A stretch of 64,000 nucleotides of DNA from an uncultured archaeon (GTDB lineage Archaea > Altiarchaeota > Altiarchaeia > IMC4 > SCGC-AAA252-I15): NCBI GenBank assembly GCA_964587725.1, contig CAZPLO010000001.1, positions 96,001 to 160,000 of the forward strand, in the 5' to 3' direction. The translations under genes and the position numbers were made by a program. The notes under the pieces were generated by a model. The model was not told the DNA's origin and did not search any database. It was given only the letters and a program-made list of their open reading frames with translations. Below are positions 61,426 to 64,000 of the stretch, piece by piece; positions within the stretch are counted from its first letter, which is position 1, and the number at the start of each line of letters is the position of its first letter.

Positions 61426-62607
61426 CTAGAATGTCTGGGCCTTGCCCTCCAAGCACTTCCTGGTCATCTCGGTGACGTTCTCCAGCCAGTAGTCCGCTAT
61501 CTCGACCGCCTTCTTCTCCAGCTTCTTCGGCCCCACCAGCTGCACGTCCGCCACCATCGGCTGGTCTATGGGATGGCCTATCTGGCTCAAAATCCGGACG
61601 TAAACCTGGTCCGCACCCTCGTCAGCTATGTCGCGGGCAATCTCCTTAGACAGCAGGTTATAGAGTTTGCCCACGTGGTTGACCGGGTTCTTCCCCGACG
61701 TCGCTTCCATACTCATGGGCCTGTACGGAGTGATTAGCCCGTTGGCTCGGTTGCCCCTGCCCACGGAGCCGTCGTCTCCCTGCTCCGCACTCGTGCCGGT
61801 GACGGTCAAGAACACGCTCTCGTTTTCTATGTCGTCGCCGGTGTTGATTTCCACCTTCACATCCTGGTCGGTGATGCCGGCGATGAAGTCCTTAGCCAGC
61901 CCTGTCATCTCCTCGATGATGCCCTCGTAGTCGCCGATGTTTTTGATGTGGCGGGACACCATGGCGTTGCAGATGGTCAGCACGATTTCATCCTTATGGC
62001 GTTCGCCCATCACCTTGATGTCCTCGCCGGACGCCTTCACCTTCTTCTTCATGGGACCGTTCATGTAGCGCTCCACTTCGTAGGTGAGCTGCTCGGTGAT
62101 GGTGAACGGCGCGAACCCCACTCCGAACGACGTGTCGTTGGCCTTGGGTATGCCCTTCCGCTGGAACACCGAACGCAGGTCAGATGAGCCCAGGCCTATC
62201 TTCTGGTCCAACACCACCTCGTTGTCGATGTCCAGGTGGGGGAAATGCTTCTTCAGGTAGTTTCTGGCTGCCTCGACAGCCACTTCGCCGACGGGAACCG
62301 GGTCACCGTCGACCTCGGTTGTTGCTCGGCCGGACAGAAGAATGTATACGGGGGTGGCTATTTCACCCGCACCCCACACGGGGTTGCTTCTTCCCCCAAC
62401 CAACTCGACCTGGTCGGTGTTGTGGTGCATGATGTGCCCGAAACGCTTCATGTACTCGTTGGACAACGCCCAGCTCACTGTCTCGGCCAGGCCGTCGCAT
62501 ATGCTGTCCGGGTGCCCTATCCCCTTACGCTCAACCAGCTCAACATCCTGTTCAGCCAGCGGCTTCTCATGGGGGGACTCAACATAAATGTTCCTCATTG
62601 TAATCAC
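61426..62607 (-). CDS. mat: S-adenosylmethionine synthetase, archaeal type
   Basis: [43 protein letters not shown]. Confidence 0.95.
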   Translation of the reverse strand: MITMRNIYVESPHEKPLAEQDVELVERKGIGHPDSICDGLAETVSWALSNEYMKRFGHIMHHNTDQVELVGGRSNPVWGAGEIATPVYILLSGRATTEVDGDPVPVGEVAVEAARNYLKKHFPHLDIDNEVVLDQKIGLGSSDLRSVFQRKGIPKANDTSFGVGFAPFTITEQLTYEVERYMNGPMKKKVKASGEDIKVMGERHKDEIVLTICNAMVSRHIKNIGDYEGIIEEMTGLAKDFIAGITDQDVKVEINTGDDIENESVFLTVTGTSAEQGDDGSVGRGNRANGLITPYRPMSMEATSGKNPVNHVGKLYNLLSKEIARDIADEGADQVYVRILSQIGHPIDQPMVADVQLVGPKKLEKKAVEIADYWLENVTEMTRKCLEGKAQTF

Positions 62608-63545
62608 TTGGATTTAGCGTCAGACAGACCGTCCGTGGATATCTCGAAAACGCACTCGGCGTCGGGCATGCTCGGAGAATCAATCAACGAGGCAATGCGC
62701 TTGCTGCCCTTGCTCTTCTTCAGGTAAACACGGAAGGTGCTGTGATGGCCGACTATGTGGCCTCCGATGGGTGTGGTGGGGTCTCCGAACATTATGTCCG
62801 GGCGGGCCATCACCTGATTAGTCACTATCACAGCAACGTTGTGCAGGTCGGCCATCTTCCGCTGGAGGGTGTGCATGTGGCGGTTCAATTTCTGCTGGCG
62901 TGAGGCCAGAGTGCCCCTCCCAACGTATTCGGCGCGGAAGTGCGCGGTCAACGAATCCACTATCACGATTTTGATGTCCTTCTCCTTCACAATCTCGGCT
63001 GCTTTCTCGGCCAAAAGCATCTGGTGGTCGCTGTTGTATGCGCGCGCCACCATGATGTTGGCGAGGGCGTCCTCCGGTTTTATCTTGGCGGCCTTGGCCA
63101 TCTGCTGGATTCTCTCAGGCCTGAAAGTGTTTTCTGTGTCGATGTATATTGCACCGCCTTCCAGGCCGCCCTTAGACTTGGGGAGCTGGGCGTTGACAGC
63201 CAGCTGGTGCGCCACCTGTGTTTTACCGGAGCCGAATTTTCCGAACAATTCGGTGATGGCCTGCGTCTCTATTCCGCCTCCGAAGAGTTTGTCGAATTCC
63301 TTGCTGCCGGTTGTGAGTTTACCCACCAAGTCCCGCTTCGCAAGAACGTCCAAGCCGGATTCGAATCCCATCTTCAGGGATTCGCGCGCGGCGCCGATGA
63401 TTTTCACCGCCGTGGCCTCGCCTATGCCGACGTCCTTCAGCTCGCCGGTGGATGCTGTTGCCACAGCCTCCACGCTCGTGTAGCCCGACTCCTTGAGTTT
63501 CTCGGCGATGGTTGCGCCAACACCCGTCAAATCCTCCAATTCCAT
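62604..63545 (-). CDS. radA: DNA repair and recombination protein RadA
   Basis: N-terminal Hh[33 protein letters not shown]. Confidence 0.97.
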   Translation of the reverse strand: MELEDLTGVGATIAEKLKESGYTSVEAVATASTGELKDVGIGEATAVKIIGAARESLKMGFESGLDVLAKRDLVGKLTTGSKEFDKLFGGGIETQAITELFGKFGSGKTQVAHQLAVNAQLPKSKGGLEGGAIYIDTENTFRPERIQQMAKAAKIKPEDALANIMVARAYNSDHQMLLAEKAAEIVKEKDIKIVIVDSLTAHFRAEYVGRGTLASRQQKLNRHMHTLQRKMADLHNVAVIVTNQVMARPDIMFGDPTTPIGGHIVGHHSTFRVYLKKSKGSKRIASLIDSPSMPDAECVFEISTDGLSDAKSK

Positions 63546-63611
63546 CGTAGAAGCCTTAGTTTATTGTAGTCCGGTTTATTAAATAGCTGGTCGTGAGTGC
63601 TGCGGAAAAGT

Positions 63612-64000
63612 TTAACTGTCCACTATTTTGTCGAGCTTCTTCACCAGCGGACCGCCCTTCACCAGCGAGTGCTTAAGCACGTCCACCAGCGTCTTTGCGG
63701 AAGCGACCTCTATCTGACCCTCATACTTCTTCTCCAACAGCACGTCTTTCACGTTGCTCTCGGGGATGATGACCCTCTTCAATCCCGCTTCGACTGCGGC
63801 CTCTATCTTCTGGGTGACGCCGCCCACCGGCAGCACTTCGCCGCGCACGGTGAGGGAGCCGGTCATTGCCACATCCTGCCGGACCGCAACCTTCTCCAAC
63901 GCAGACATTACCGCCACCGCCACACTCACTGACGCGCTGTCGCCCTCCACACCCTCGTAGGTCTGGAGGAACTGGATGTGTATGTCGTGGTTGCTTATGT
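63612..64000 (-). CDS. lonB: LonB protease, C-terminal proteolytic domain (5' part outside the window)
   Basis: [14 protein letters not shown] (catalytic Ser), [13 protein letters not shown] (catalytic Lys). Confidence 0.93.
   Translation of the reverse strand, partial: ISNHDIHIQFLQTYEGVEGDSASVSVAVAVMSALEKVAVRQDVAMTGSLTVRGEVLPVGGVTQKIEAAVEAGLKRVIIPESNVKDVLLEKKYEGQIEVASAKTLVDVLKHSLVKGGPLVKKLDKIVDS

Noticed and set aside
32676-63545. Inteins in RFC, MCM or RadA
   Set aside because: Protein lengths are standard and motifs are contiguous

Overview
GC-rich archaeal chromosomal window, densely packed with housekeeping genes. It holds a minus-strand 16S-tRNA(Ala)-23S rRNA operon with no linked 5S, an RNase P RNA, five tRNAs (two with introns) and informational genes (lig, mcm, radA, rfcS, GINS, rpo4, ileS, aspS, r-proteins). 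It also holds amino-acid biosynthesis genes (aspartate kinase, argB, hisD, lysA), the HMG-CoA synthase/thiolase/DUF35 operon, and an ~11 kb surface-glycosylation cluster with heptose biosynthesis genes. The divergent 16S and gene content suggest an uncultured lineage such as Altiarchaeota; this is an inference, not verified. Three signals stand out. (1) Every non-ribosomal structural RNA gene is flanked by, or contains, palindromic REP-like modules, often fused to partial duplicates of the RNA gene's own 5' or 3' end; one module sits inside the RNase P RNA and has a homologue in the rRNA spacer. (2) An AT-rich island carries a DUF3800 (RNase H-like) gene with a convergent structured ncRNA candidate. 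(3) An unannotated three-gene microprotein operon includes twin Cys-rich paralogues. No CRISPR array, integrase or transposase is visible.
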